A stretch of DNA of 64,000 nucleotides from the NCBI GenBank assembly GCA_963815285.1, contig CAWFGB010000008.1, positions 647,161 through 711,160 on the forward strand. The letters run 5' to 3'. Origin of the DNA: an uncultured Acidobacteriota bacterium. GTDB lineage: Bacteria; Acidobacteriota; Vicinamibacteria; Vicinamibacterales; UBA2999. Shown here one piece after another: positions 40,352 through 50,880 of this stretch (positions are counted from its first letter, which is position 1; every line of letters starts with the position of its first letter). A model generated the notes under the pieces. The model ran no database searches and had not been told where the DNA came from. It was given only the letters and a program-made list of their open reading frames with translations. A program made the position numbers and the translations under genes.

Positions 40352-40440
40352 GTTCAAACACGGTCCAAGTTCAAAAACGGCCCAAACCTTTAGTTCAAAA
40401 CCTCGAGTTCGGGCTGATGGAACCCCTAGTTTTGAACTGA
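40351..40440. repeat. AGTTCAAA repeats with an inverted copy, between convergent genes
   Basis: Three AGTTCAAA copies, then TTTTGAACT. Confidence 0.55.
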
Positions 40441-40468
40441 AGCCTTGGGCTGTTGTGAATTTGCGCGC

Positions 40469-40825
40469 CTACCCGCGTGCGCGGCGGGCCTCGATGAAAG
40501 ATCTCACGCCCAACAGCACATAAACGCCGAGTATCACCGCCATCGCGATCTGCGCGAGTATGGCTGGCCGTGTCAAGTTCCCCGCACTCACCGCCGAGAT
40601 GATGCGCGGCACCCCACCCAGTACCGCCAGAAGGGCGATCGCCACCGCCGCGTGCATGACGTGCTTGCGTGCGCCGGGATTGCGGGCGACGAGCGCCAGA
40701 ATCAGGAACAGCGCGCCGACGAAGGCAGGAATGAGCGCGGTCACGCTGGCGGCCCCGGTCCCGACGTAGCCGACCACCCCGAGCAGAATGAGCAAAAACC
40801 CGACTACGCGCGTAACAAGAGGCAT
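40469..40825 (-). CDS. Small four-TM membrane protein
   Basis: SVTALIPAF, RKHVMH, RSFIEARR; start could also be 40831. Confidence 0.75.
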   Translation of the reverse strand: MPLVTRVVGFLLILLGVVGYVGTGAASVTALIPAFVGALFLILALVARNPGARKHVMHAAVAIALLAVLGGVPRIISAVSAGNLTRPAILAQIAMAVILGVYVLLGVRSFIEARRARG

Positions 40826-40857
40826 CGACATAGGCGTCCGCCACATAATACCTGCCA

Positions 40858-41757
40858 GTGGTAGTCGTTCGCACATGTTTGGCGTTGGCTGCCGTCGCGC
40901 TCTCGGCGATGGTCTACGCGCAGCCTTTGTTTCGGAGCGCCGTCGATCTCGTGACCGTGCCGGTGACAGTGACCGCCAAGGACACCCTCCGCCGGGTTGG
41001 CGAACTTGGCACCGCCGACTTTCGCATTTACGAGGATGGCGTCCTGCAGGAGCTGGCAGTGGTCAGCCACGAACCCCGGGCGTTGAGCGTGTGCATCCTG
41101 GTGGATTCCAGCCCGAGCATGGCGTCCGGGCGTCAGCCGCTGGCGATACGTGCGATCGACGCCCTGCTGAAAGGCCTTAAAGACGATGACGAGGCCTCGG
41201 TCCACTTTTTTGCGGCGAGATTCCGGACCGTGCTGCCCTGGACACGTGGCGCTGACATCACGCCGATTTCGTGGCTCGAATGGCGGCTATCGCTCGGCAC
41301 TGCGCTCATCGACGCGCTCAAGGAGGGATTGGCGCAGGTCGAAAAGGCGAGCAATCCGCTCCCTGTCATCCTCGTCGTGTCCGATGGCGGCGAAAACGTC
41401 AGCGGCACGTCGCTCCCGAAACTGGTGGAGACGCGGCGTCAGAGCGAAACGCTCATCTACGGTATTCACACTGACCTGGCCCCATCGCGCTATGCACCGC
41501 TCGTCAATCGTGCGTTCGCCAACTTCTTGCCGCAGGTGGTCGGCGATTCGGGCGGGATGATCCACCGCGTCCGAACGGTCGAAGAGGCCGAGACCGCCGC
41601 GGAGGCGCTGCTCGAAGAGCTGCGTTCGCAGTACACGCTGGGCTTCTCGCCCAGGCGTGCGCTTGACGGCAAATACCGGAAGTTGAGAATTGAGGCGGTG
41701 GATCAGAACTTGAATATTCGTCACCGCGCGGGATATCTGGCGACACCCCAGAAGTAA
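40858..41757 (+). CDS. VWA domain protein, Acidobacterial type
   Basis: FRSAVDLVTVPVTV, DSSPSM MIDAS, VSDGGE, ELRSQYTLGF, RHRAGY. Confidence 0.9.
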   Translation: MVVVRTCLALAAVALSAMVYAQPLFRSAVDLVTVPVTVTAKDTLRRVGELGTADFRIYEDGVLQELAVVSHEPRALSVCILVDSSPSMASGRQPLAIRAIDALLKGLKDDDEASVHFFAARFRTVLPWTRGADITPISWLEWRLSLGTALIDALKEGLAQVEKASNPLPVILVVSDGGENVSGTSLPKLVETRRQSETLIYGIHTDLAPSRYAPLVNRAFANFLPQVVGDSGGMIHRVRTVEEAETAAEALLEELRSQYTLGFSPRRALDGKYRKLRIEAVDQNLNIRHRAGYLATPQK

Positions 41758-41759
41758 AC

Positions 41760-42581
41760 ATGAAGATTGCGCTAATTCAACAGCACGCCACCAAGAGCAA
41801 ACAGGCCAACATCGTACGCGGGCTCGACAACCTGGAAATCGCTGCCCGCAATGGCGCCGCGCTCGCCTGCTATGCCGAGCTTGCTTTCGAGTGGTTTCAT
41901 CCGCAGCGCCCCGCGAGCGGCGATGTGAAAGATCTCGCCGAGCCGCTCGACGGCCCGCTGGTGACACGGTTCCAACAGAAAGCACGCGAGCTGGGCATCG
42001 TGACGGTCTTGAACTTCTTCGAACGCGAACGGGGACACACGTTCGACTCGTCGCCAGTGATCGATGCCGACGGCTCATTCCTCGGGGTGACGCGCATGAT
42101 CCACATCACCGAGTACGCGTGCTTCCACGAGCAGGGTTACTACACACCCGGCGACAAGGGCGCACCGGTTTACGAGACAAAGGCGGGAAACATCGGGGTG
42201 GCGATTTGCTACGACCGACACTTTCCGGAATACATGCGCGCGCTCGCGCTCGGCGGCGCCGACCTGGTGCTCGTGCCGCAGGCCGGGGCCACCGGCGAAT
42301 GGCCCGAGGGTCTCTACGAAGCGGAGATGCGCGTTGCTGCGTTCCAGAACGGCTACTACACCGCGCTCTGCAACCGGGTCGGGCAGGAGGACTGCCTCGA
42401 CTTCGCCGGTGAGTCCTTCGTCTGTGATCCCAACGGCGTGGTCATCGCGCGTGCCGGGCAAGGCACGGACGAGATTCTCTACGCGGACATCGACGTCGCG
42501 GTCAACGCCACGTCCCACGCGCGCCAGCTGTTCATGAAGCACCGCCGCGCCGAGCTTTACGCCGGCTGGCTGGCGCGGTAA
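41760..42581 (+). CDS. Carbon-nitrogen hydrolase (nitrilase superfamily, AguB-like)
   Basis: AEL, YYTPGD, GVAICYDRHFPE, NRVGQE, FAGESF. Confidence 0.88.
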   Translation: MKIALIQQHATKSKQANIVRGLDNLEIAARNGAALACYAELAFEWFHPQRPASGDVKDLAEPLDGPLVTRFQQKARELGIVTVLNFFERERGHTFDSSPVIDADGSFLGVTRMIHITEYACFHEQGYYTPGDKGAPVYETKAGNIGVAICYDRHFPEYMRALALGGADLVLVPQAGATGEWPEGLYEAEMRVAAFQNGYYTALCNRVGQEDCLDFAGESFVCDPNGVVIARAGQGTDEILYADIDVAVNATSHARQLFMKHRRAELYAGWLAR

Positions 42582-42593
42582 TGGCAGCAACGA

Positions 42594-42789
42594 GGTTCCC
42601 ACGACCGGGTTCCCTCACGGGCGTTCTCGTCCCAGTCGTTCACAGAGCTCTTTTACCGAGTTCTTTCACCGAGTTCTTTCACAGAGTTCCTTCACAGAGT
42701 TCGTTCGCAGGGTTCTGGCCCCGCGTTCAATCGCACACCGAACCCTTGCGTGAGGGGAACCCGTCAGGGAAACCCGTGAGCGGAACCCC
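42594..42789. repeat. 13-bp degenerate tandem repeat with inverted counterpart
   Basis: caccgagttcttt cacagagttcctt cacagagttcgtt ...; reverse-oriented gaacccgtgag units at the right end. Confidence 0.75.
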
Positions 42790-43885
42790 GTAGTCCGACG
42801 CGCGCGAGGATGAATTGATCGAATTCCCACAGCTGCATTTCGCGCGCGGAGTATGGCCCCGGGGTGTAGCCGCGTGAGCTGATGCCCTGCTGCGAACGCT
42901 CGGAGATGGCCCAGTCCTCCCGGTTGGTGATGTCCCAGAACTCGACGGCGTCCTCGCAGACGAAGTCTGGACGAGCGATTTCATCAGGATGGAAATGCCA
43001 CTCGCCCAGGAGGCGGGTGCGGTCGGGCGCCTGCGGCCAGATCGTGACCGTCAGCATGTAATCGGGGTGCAGCGTCAGCAGCAGGTTTGGATAAATGGCG
43101 AAATAGTTGACGAGGGTCTGTTCCTCGGGTCCCAGCCCCGGCAGCACCGCGCGCCGGCGCCGTCCGTCGACGCTGAGCGTCTCGACACCCTCCTTGAATC
43201 CCATGGCACCGCCGCAATAGGTATCGGTTGTCGGAACATTGACCGCACTCAGGTGGTGATGCAACTGGTTGAGCAGCGGATGGATGATCGGGCAGTGCAG
43301 GCATTCGTTGTAGTTCTGCACGATCAGCTTCCAGTTGGCGTGCACGTCGTACTCGACGCGGCGAACGAGGCGCAGCTCGTGCATCCGCCATGGCGCAAAT
43401 CGCGCCGGCAGATCATGCAGCTGGCCGGTCAGCGGCGCCGGGGACGAAGCAAGGTTGATGAAGACGTGCCCATCCCAGACTTCGCTGGCGACCGCGCGCA
43501 GCGGGTAGTCCTCGCGCCGAAAACCCTCGACCTGATCCATCAGTGGGGCGCCGATGAGACGGCCCTCGAGGTCATAGGTCCACGCGTGATACGGGCACTG
43601 GATGCTGCCCGGAAGAGTGCCCTCGTTGGCGTCGCAGAGCCGCGTGCCGCGATGGCGGCAGACGTTGTGAAACGCGCGCGTGCCGCCTTGCCCATCACCG
43701 ACGATCAGGACACTTGCATTCCCGACATCCCGCCGGACAAACGCGCCGCGCTCTGCGACCTGTTCGACCCGGCATGCGTGGATCCACATCCCGCCGAAGA
43801 TCCGATCCATCTCCGCCTCGAACCAGGCCGCATCCGTGTAGTGCTGCTGGGGCAGGGTCGTGCGCAGGGTGTGACGACTGGACAT
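42764..43885 (-). CDS. Rieske non-heme iron oxygenase alpha subunit (GbcA/choline-monooxygenase-like)
   Basis: CRHRG..CPYHAW Rieske ligands; NWK...NYNECLHC..IH iron site; ED; ATG at 43885. Confidence 0.9.
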   Translation of the reverse strand: MSSRHTLRTTLPQQHYTDAAWFEAEMDRIFGGMWIHACRVEQVAERGAFVRRDVGNASVLIVGDGQGGTRAFHNVCRHRGTRLCDANEGTLPGSIQCPYHAWTYDLEGRLIGAPLMDQVEGFRREDYPLRAVASEVWDGHVFINLASSPAPLTGQLHDLPARFAPWRMHELRLVRRVEYDVHANWKLIVQNYNECLHCPIIHPLLNQLHHHLSAVNVPTTDTYCGGAMGFKEGVETLSVDGRRRRAVLPGLGPEEQTLVNYFAIYPNLLLTLHPDYMLTVTIWPQAPDRTRLLGEWHFHPDEIARPDFVCEDAVEFWDITNREDWAISERSQQGISSRGYTPGPYSAREMQLWEFDQFILARVGLRGSAHGFP

Positions 43886-43981
43886 CCTTCGTAATATACG
43901 CAAGAAAACTCCGTCAGGCCGGATCTTCCGCTGGTGTCCACGACACTGCTGACCTGAAAAGCGGATAGGATGCCTGCGCAC

Positions 43982-45268
43982 ATGTCGCAACTGGCGCTGC
44001 GGCGCGAACTCGGGCCCTGGGATCTCACGGCAATCGGCGTCAATCAGGTCATCGGCAGCGCCATCTTTCTGTTGCCCGCCAACGTGGCCAAAGAAGTCGG
44101 CGCGTGGGGTCCCATGGCGTTCTTGCTCGTTGGGCTGGCGTCGCTCCTCATCGCCTTGTGCTTTGCCGAGGTCGGCAGCAGGTTCGACCGCACCGGCGGC
44201 CCGTACCTGCCGGCACGCACTGCCTACGGCCGCTTCATCGGGTTCGAAGTGGGCTGGATGATGTGGTTCACCCGCGTTGCCAGTCAGGCGTCGGTCAGCA
44301 ACGGACTCGCGCTGGCGCTGGCGTTTTACTGGCCGTCCTTGGCCGGTGGCATCCCGCGCATGGCGCTCATCACCGTCGTCACGCTGACCTTGATGGTGAT
44401 CAACATCCGCGGCATCAAGCAATCGTCGTGGTTTCTCAACGTCATGACGGTGGGCAAGCTCGTGCCGCTCTTCTTGTTCATCCTCGTGGGCGTCTGGTTC
44501 ATCGACGTCGACCACTTTGCCAGGATGCCCGACGTGTCGTTGCCGCAAGCGGGCTCTGCGGCACTGCTGCTGGTGTTCGCCTACGGCGGCTACGAGGTCA
44601 CAGGCATCCCGGCCGGCGAGGCATCGAACCCGCGACGTGACGTCCCCTTCGCGTTTGTGGCGACCATCTTGACGGTCACACTGGTCATGACGCTCACGTC
44701 CGTTGTTGCCACTGGCGTGTTGCCCGATGTGGCCACGTCTGCCACGCCGCTAGCTGACGGGGCCGCGCTCATGCTTGGTGCCATCGGCGCGCTCGTCATC
44801 AGCGTTGGCGCAGCCGTCTCCATGACCGGCAACAAGATGGGGCAGGTGCTCACCGGCTCGCGTACGATCTTCGCGCTTGCCGAAAACGGCGATCTGCCGC
44901 GGTGGTTCGCCTATGTGCACCCGAAGAATCAAACGCCATCGAATGCCATCCTGTTCACGTCTATGATCGCGCTGACGCTGGCGCTCACCGGCTCCTTCGT
45001 GCAGCTGGCCGCGGTGAGCGCCGTGGCGCGCCTGGTGATGTACCTCGCGGTCTGTACGGCCACGCTGGTGTTACGCGGCCGCCCCCCGGACGCCGTGATG
45101 GGCCCAGCACAATTCACCGCGCCGCTCGGTCCGATCGTCCCGATTCTTGCGTCGGTGGTGTCACTCAGCATCCTCGCCGGCGCGTCAACGCAGCAGCTGC
45201 TGATGGGAACCTACGCGCTCATCGGCGGCGCGATCCTCTTTTCCATTGCGGTGCGGTCGGCCCGTTAA
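43982..45268 (+). CDS. APC family amino acid/polyamine permease
   Basis: IGSAIF, FAEVGS, GGPY, FAYGGYE..GE..NPRR; start could also be 43970. Confidence 0.9.
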   Translation: MSQLALRRELGPWDLTAIGVNQVIGSAIFLLPANVAKEVGAWGPMAFLLVGLASLLIALCFAEVGSRFDRTGGPYLPARTAYGRFIGFEVGWMMWFTRVASQASVSNGLALALAFYWPSLAGGIPRMALITVVTLTLMVINIRGIKQSSWFLNVMTVGKLVPLFLFILVGVWFIDVDHFARMPDVSLPQAGSAALLLVFAYGGYEVTGIPAGEASNPRRDVPFAFVATILTVTLVMTLTSVVATGVLPDVATSATPLADGAALMLGAIGALVISVGAAVSMTGNKMGQVLTGSRTIFALAENGDLPRWFAYVHPKNQTPSNAILFTSMIALTLALTGSFVQLAAVSAVARLVMYLAVCTATLVLRGRPPDAVMGPAQFTAPLGPIVPILASVVSLSILAGASTQQLLMGTYALIGGAILFSIAVRSAR

Positions 45269-45336
45269 CCCACCATCAGGGCTTCGAACCGAACGCATCT
45301 TCAGGCGACTGCGGCAAGTGGCAGAGATTGTCTGGT

Positions 45337-45834
45337 TCAGTTTTCCAGCGGCGTCAGCCGCATCGGGTAATACCGGATGTAGCCGTCGCTCGACATCACG
45401 ATGAACGCGTAACCCGGCTTGTCGTACGACGCGCGGACCGCCTTGAGGATGTCCTCGATTCGCTCGCGGTTCTCGAGATCCGCGATGCGCACCCCGAGTG
45501 CGTAGACGTTCAACTTGGACGTCGCAAACGACATGTTGCGTCGCTCCGCGCGCTCGTCCTGGAACAGCTCCGTGGTGGTGACGAAGGCGCCAATCGGCTT
45601 CCAATGCGGCAGGCTGGTGAGCACGCTCACCGCTTCGTGAATCAGCGGAGCGTCTTCGAGCGTCCCCTGCGCCATGCGGAGCCGACCGACGGACGTCTGC
45701 TCAGCATAGGCAATCAGCTCAATCGGCGCGCCTTTCCGCGGCGCGACGAAGATGCCGTCGATGTAGCGGACGACCTGCGCATGAGGAGCGATTCCGAGCG
45801 CCGCAAGAACGGCCACCCACGCGAGGCGATGCAT
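45337..45834 (-). CDS. Exported hypothetical protein
   Basis: Signal peptide MHRLAWVAVLAALGIAPHA; TATAGT 7 nt upstream of the ATG. Confidence 0.65.
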   Translation of the reverse strand: MHRLAWVAVLAALGIAPHAQVVRYIDGIFVAPRKGAPIELIAYAEQTSVGRLRMAQGTLEDAPLIHEAVSVLTSLPHWKPIGAFVTTTELFQDERAERRNMSFATSKLNVYALGVRIADLENRERIEDILKAVRASYDKPGYAFIVMSSDGYIRYYPMRLTPLEN

Positions 45835-45989
45835 ATGCGGCACTATACTCCCAGCATGGTGCGTCGTGACGAAACAGACAGGTCATTGTCTGCTTCACGC
45901 TGTTCATCTCCAGCGGGTGGAGAGTCGAGCTCGGCAAGATCCGGAGCGCTGAGAAGCAGACCCCGGCCCCGGGGGAGTCGCTGCTCCGC

Positions 45990-46580
45990 GTCGAGGAAGC
46001 GCACGGGGGCCGGAACATCGTGAAGCCTGCGGCCGCGCGAGTGTGTGGCGGTGACGACTTCGGCCCTGGGAACGTGCTCATCCGCAGCCCCGCGTACCAA
46101 CAGGGACGATGCCGGAGCAGTTGCGGTTTGCCGAACACGAGCCAGACGACTTCGAAATGTTCGAGCTCAAGACGCGCGTTGTTCTGGCGGACGGCGGATG
46201 CAACCGGCCCGGCCGAACGGCTTGCCACGGCTCCCGTGGACATGGTGGGAGTTGCTTCTCGCCGGGCGGAACCATCTCGTCGTCCGACAGGCGCAAGCGA
46301 AAAACTGGATTGGATCTCTACCTCCTCACGTTTGCGGGAGCGATCGACCGTGACACGGCGGCCGCTGTCCGTCCGCTCGTCGCGACGCCGGTCCAGGAGC
46401 AGAACGCCGAAGTCTCGCCCGACGGGGCGTGGCTCGCGTATCAGTCGGACGAGTCCGGAACCTACGAAGTTTACGTTCGGTCCCCACGACTGCTCCGCAG
46501 CTGGTCGTCGTCCAGAACTTCTTCGAGGAGCTGAAGCGCCACTGCCACGAAGTGACTCGGCCGCCGCTCGATTTCTGAAG
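45990..46580 (+). pseudogene. Heavily eroded Ser/Thr kinase-TolB/PD40 fusion remnant
   Basis: Traces of AHGAG/KPA/DFG; SPDGAWLAYQSDESGTYEVYV; LVVVQNFFEELKR in a shifted frame; boundaries approximate. Confidence 0.65.
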
Positions 46581-46657
46581 TGAGACGTTTCAACGCCTTT
46601 CGTTATCCCTTGTCGGGCCCACACGAGTGATCCGGTCGCTGGCAGTTCTGCCCCGTA

Positions 46658-49449
46658 TGACCGAGCCAGCACCGAGCAAGCATTTGGCCCTCACTATCGG
46701 GCCCGATTGGCCCCGAGGAAATCTGTGGAGCGCGGGATGGGCGACGTCTACCGCGCCACTGACACTTGCCTGGACCGCGACGTCGCCCTCAAGGTGCTGC
46801 GGCCGAGCTCGTCGCCGATCCAGACCGCAAGCAGCGCTTCATGCAGGAGGCGCGTGCCGCGTCGCCGCGCTGGGGCATCCCACATCGCCGTCATCCACGA
46901 CGTCGGCGAGGACAGCGGCATCAGCTTCATGGCGATGGAGCTGGTGCACGGCGGCAAGCTGAGTGGCGATCGAGGCGAAGTCGTTGTCGACGATGCGGTG
47001 CAGAACTCGCCCCAGATCGCGGAGGCGCTGGCCGCGCCCACAAACAGGGCATCGTTCATCGCGATCTCAAGCCGGCCAACATGATGCTCCCCGGACGGCC
47101 ACTTTAAGGTGATCGACTTCGGCCTGGCGAAGCTGAGCGCGCCTGAGCGTCAGCGGCCAGGCCAACGTATCGCGGCGCAGGCGGTGACCTCGCCAGCACT
47201 GATGACGTGGTGTCGGAATGATTCTCGGCACGGCGGCCTACATGAGTCCCGAGCAAGCGGGGCAGGCCGGTCGACCACCGCAGCGACATCTTCTCGTTCG
47301 GCATCGTGCTCTACGAGATGCTGGCCGGGCGCCGGCGTTCAGCGGGCCGAGCAGCGAGACGCTGCCCGCCATCCTCCGCGGCGAACCCGACTGGACGCTG
47401 CTGCCGCCGCTCCCCTCGGAAGCGCAAACGCTCCTCCGTCGTTGCCTGGAACGCGACTGGCGCCGCCGCCTCGCGGCGATGCCACAGTGAAATTCGTGCT
47501 CGAGGATCGGCGACAATGTCCCGGGGAGCCCCGTTTCCTCGCACGGGCTGCACGCGAGGTGCAGGCCCGCGTTGACTCGGCGGTCGCGCAGGCGCGCCGC
47601 CATGCGTCGTCAGTCGTGTCATTCCGCTGGCCGCGCTTGCGGCGATTGCCGTCGTTGCTGCCGTCGTTGGGTTCGCCCGTGAAGGTACGCCGACTGCGCC
47701 TCCGCCAGTGACACGATTTCTGCTGACGCCGGCCGATGGTCGGCCGCTCAGAGATTTGGTGAGGCTGAAGGCCCTGTCACCCTCAGGCGACGAACTGGTC
47801 TACCTTGACGAAGACCGGGTACTGCTGCGCAGATTCTCCGAATTCGAGATGAGGCCGATTGCGGCAACGAACCTGGGGCGGAGTATCCAGTCGCCCGCGT
47901 TTTCACCGGATGGCGAGTGGATTGCCTACTACTCGGGTTCGGAACGAGCCGTCAAGCGGATCAGCGTCCGCGGAGGCGCAGCGCTCCGCGTGTGCGATTT
48001 GCCTCCGTTGTTGAGGCTGTCGGGCCTCGACTGGCATCCCTCCGGGATTGTGGCGGCCACGGGTACCATCGGTGTCGCACGATGTCAGCCCGCAGGGGGA
48101 CCGCCGGAGCAACTGGTAACGGTCAAAGAAGGAGAAACCATACTCGGGGCTCAGCTTCTGCCGGGAGGAGACACGCTGCTGTTGACGATCGCAGATCTGG
48201 ACGCCGTGTCGGGGCGTGGCACGCTCTGGGAGCAGGCCCGAATCGTGGTGCAGACGCTACGCACGGGCGCGCGGAAGACGGTGCTCGAGCGCGGCAGCGA
48301 TGCGCGCTTTGTCAGCAGCGGCCACCTGATTTACGCGGTGGACGGCATTGTGTTCGCGGCGCCGTTCGACCTCCGCTCGGCGGAGCTGAGGGGAGAGGGC
48401 GTGCCCGTGGTGGAAGGCGTCAGGCGGTCAACCAGCGGCGTCTTGCTGCTCGCTGTCTCCGATTCAGGTGCGCTCGCCTACCAACCGGGGCCCGCTGGGA
48501 CCGAGAGGGGACTTCGTGGACTGGCGATTGGTGACCGCGGCGGTACCTCAGCAACATCGCGGTCGCTCCCGCGGCCTACACCCACGTGCGCGCGTCGCGT
48601 GACGGCACTCGCGTAGCCATCGGGGTAGATGATGGGAAGCAGGCCAGCGTTCTGATGTATCCGCTGAGCGGGGCGAGCACGGTCCAGCGTCTGACACTCG
48701 CAGGGAACAGCCGCTTTCCGGTCTGGTCACCGGACGCTCGGTGGATCGTGTTCCAGTCTGACCGCGCCGGAGAACTTGGCATGTGGCGTCAGCGTGCCGA
48801 CGGCACCGGCGTTGCCGAACGCCTGACAACAGCGGCGGGTGGCGAGGATCATGTTCCCGAGGCCTGGTCGCCCGACGGGCGACACCTCTCCGCCAGCATC
48901 AGCAAGCGCGCAGGCGGGAGGAACGAATACGTCCTGTGGGTGCTCACGCTGGATGACAGGAAGGCGACCGCGTTCGGCGTGGCCTCGAACGAGCCGATCG
49001 GGTCGGTGTTCTCGCCGGACGGCAAGTGGCTGGTGTACGGCAAGGGGGGAACGTCCGTGACCGATCCCAACCGCGGTATCTTCGTGCAGCCGTTCCCGGC
49101 GACGGGAGCCGTCTACCAGGCGCCCCGGCAGCTCATGGACTACCATCCCGTGTGGGCTGCGTCAGGCGCCGAACTCGTTTACACAGCGGGAGCAGCGGTT
49201 GGCCAGATGGCCGCCGTAAAGGTGGCACACGCGAGCGGCGTGACGTTCGGAGCGGCTGTGCTGTTTCCTGCGAGCGTCAGCGGCAACCGGCTGTCAAGCG
49301 AACCGCGGGCCTGGGACATGCTGCCCGACGGCCGGTTGATCGGCATCACTTCAGCGACTGACCCTGCCGCGCGTAGTTCCTCGTCCGAAATCCAGGTGGT
49401 CCTCAACTGGTTCGAAGAGCTGAAGGCACGGGTGCCTCCGATCAGATAG
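46658..49449 (+). pseudogene. Ser/Thr protein kinase with TolB-like beta-propeller, multiply frameshifted
   Basis: [44 protein letters not shown] spread over three frames; PD40 repeats; ends VVLNWFEELK. Confidence 0.85.
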
Positions 49450-49605
49450 TGAGACCCGTTTGACGCCGGCCAACAACTCTCAGTCGCCGCCGACGTTTGA
49501 CAGGAGTAACACCATCCGCGCGACGCCCCAGCCCGTGTAATCTCGAGCAAGCAGAGAGCAAGCATTTGCCTTGCCCGTTGCTCTCGACCGCCGTTCGATG
49601 CGACG

Positions 49606-50059
49606 ATGCTCGTGAAAAGCGAGTTCTATAACTCCTCTTCGACCATTTCACCCGATGGGCGGTGGATGGCCTACGAGTCGACCTTGTCTGGTCAATACGA
49701 GATCTATATCGAACGCTATCCTGAGTTCGGAGAGCGACAGCAGATCTCGACCGGCGGCGGCCGTATTCCACGCTGGTCGCGTAACGGCCGGGAACTGTTC
49801 TTCAAGCCTGGACGGCCGGCAGATGCTCGCGGTTCCGCTACAGGTCGGGAGGACGCTCGTTGCCGGGCGTCCGCGAGTGCTGTTTGAAGGCGAGATGCTT
49901 CCCGCTGCGGCCGGAGCCCGGCCCTACGACATGACCCCCGATGGACGGTTCTTGATCATCTGGAGCGCCCAGGCGGACGGTGCCGACGGCACGGTCTCGA
50001 ATATCAACGTCGTGCAAAACTGGTTCGAGGAGCTGAAACGACTCGTGCTGACGAAGTAG
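49606..50059 (+). pseudogene. C-terminal fragment of a third kinase-TolB protein
   Basis: SPDGRWMAYES, frameshift near 49803, ends VVQNWFEELKR. Confidence 0.75.
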
Positions 50060-50110
50060 ACGACGTAAGCGAGTCATCCCGCCCGCGCCGCCAATCTCTA
50101 ATCGTAGAGT

Positions 50111-50880
50111 TCAGGGCAGGAGACGCGCTTCGATTGCACGCAGCCAGCTCCATCGGATGATCCAGCTTCCCGGATAGATAATCCGCCAGTACCGCGCAAA
50201 CTGCCGCTGGGTCGGTCGGTCAACCGCGTGGACACGCGTCTCCGTCGTTACGCGCGCCCAGCCGTCGGATTCCGGGACAACGCGGAAGTTCATCACGGCA
50301 CGCGCGAAGCCTGGTCGGTCTAGCGTGCGGAAGAGCGCAGGATCCACCGACGTCACATTCCGTTGTGGCGTGGCGCGCACGATGTCTGGTGGCGCAATGA
50401 CGACCGCGCCGATGAGCAACTCGCGGTCCGTGTCTTCGCCCAGCAGCACGAATCCCCCGGCCAGCGCGACATCCAGGATCGGCTTTTCTCCTGGCGGGTT
50501 GAGAATATGCTCCCCTTGGCCTTCTCGGCTCGGATTCCGAAGATAGGTGAGCGTGCGGAAAAGAAAGATGTCGGATGACCGCACGCGCCTGATCGCGTCG
50601 AACACCTGCCGCGGACTGGCGCGGACCCGCCGCTCATGGTACTCACCAAATTGCCATTCCGGCAGCCACTGATCGACGAGCATGTCGCGAGCGGCTGCTC
50701 ATGCCGGGCCCGGGAACGCCGACGTGGCGAGCGCAAGCACCACGCCGATCAGTGCCACCAACCCGGCGCGACGGCGGGTGCGGATGCCGATTAGGCGAGG
50801 AGGCCGGATCAGGCTGAACAGGCCGGTCAGGCCCATCACCACCCCGGTATAGAAAAAGGCGGAGCCCGCGATGTCGGTCA
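50111..50880 (-). pseudogene. Membrane-anchored DUF2867-like protein interrupted by an in-frame TGA
   Basis: ORFs 50699-50959 (two TM helices) and 50111-50683 (QFGEYH, TETRV, FARYWRII) share a frame and are split by TGA at 50699-50701; true start uncertain. Confidence 0.6.

Noticed and set aside
42640-42716. Possible CRISPR array or plasmid iterons
   Set aside because: Units are only 13 bp, contiguous and degenerate; no cas or rep gene nearby.
42581-42793. 70-aa ORF after the C-N hydrolase
   Set aside because: It merely translates the 13-bp repeat and overlaps the Rieske gene end.
42764-44548. 594-aa Rieske ORF with long N-terminal extension
   Set aside because: The extension is antisense to the APC permease; the plausible start is ATG 43885.
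50699-50701. Second selenocysteine codon
   Set aside because: Not in a redox or Cys motif, and no convincing hairpin follows.
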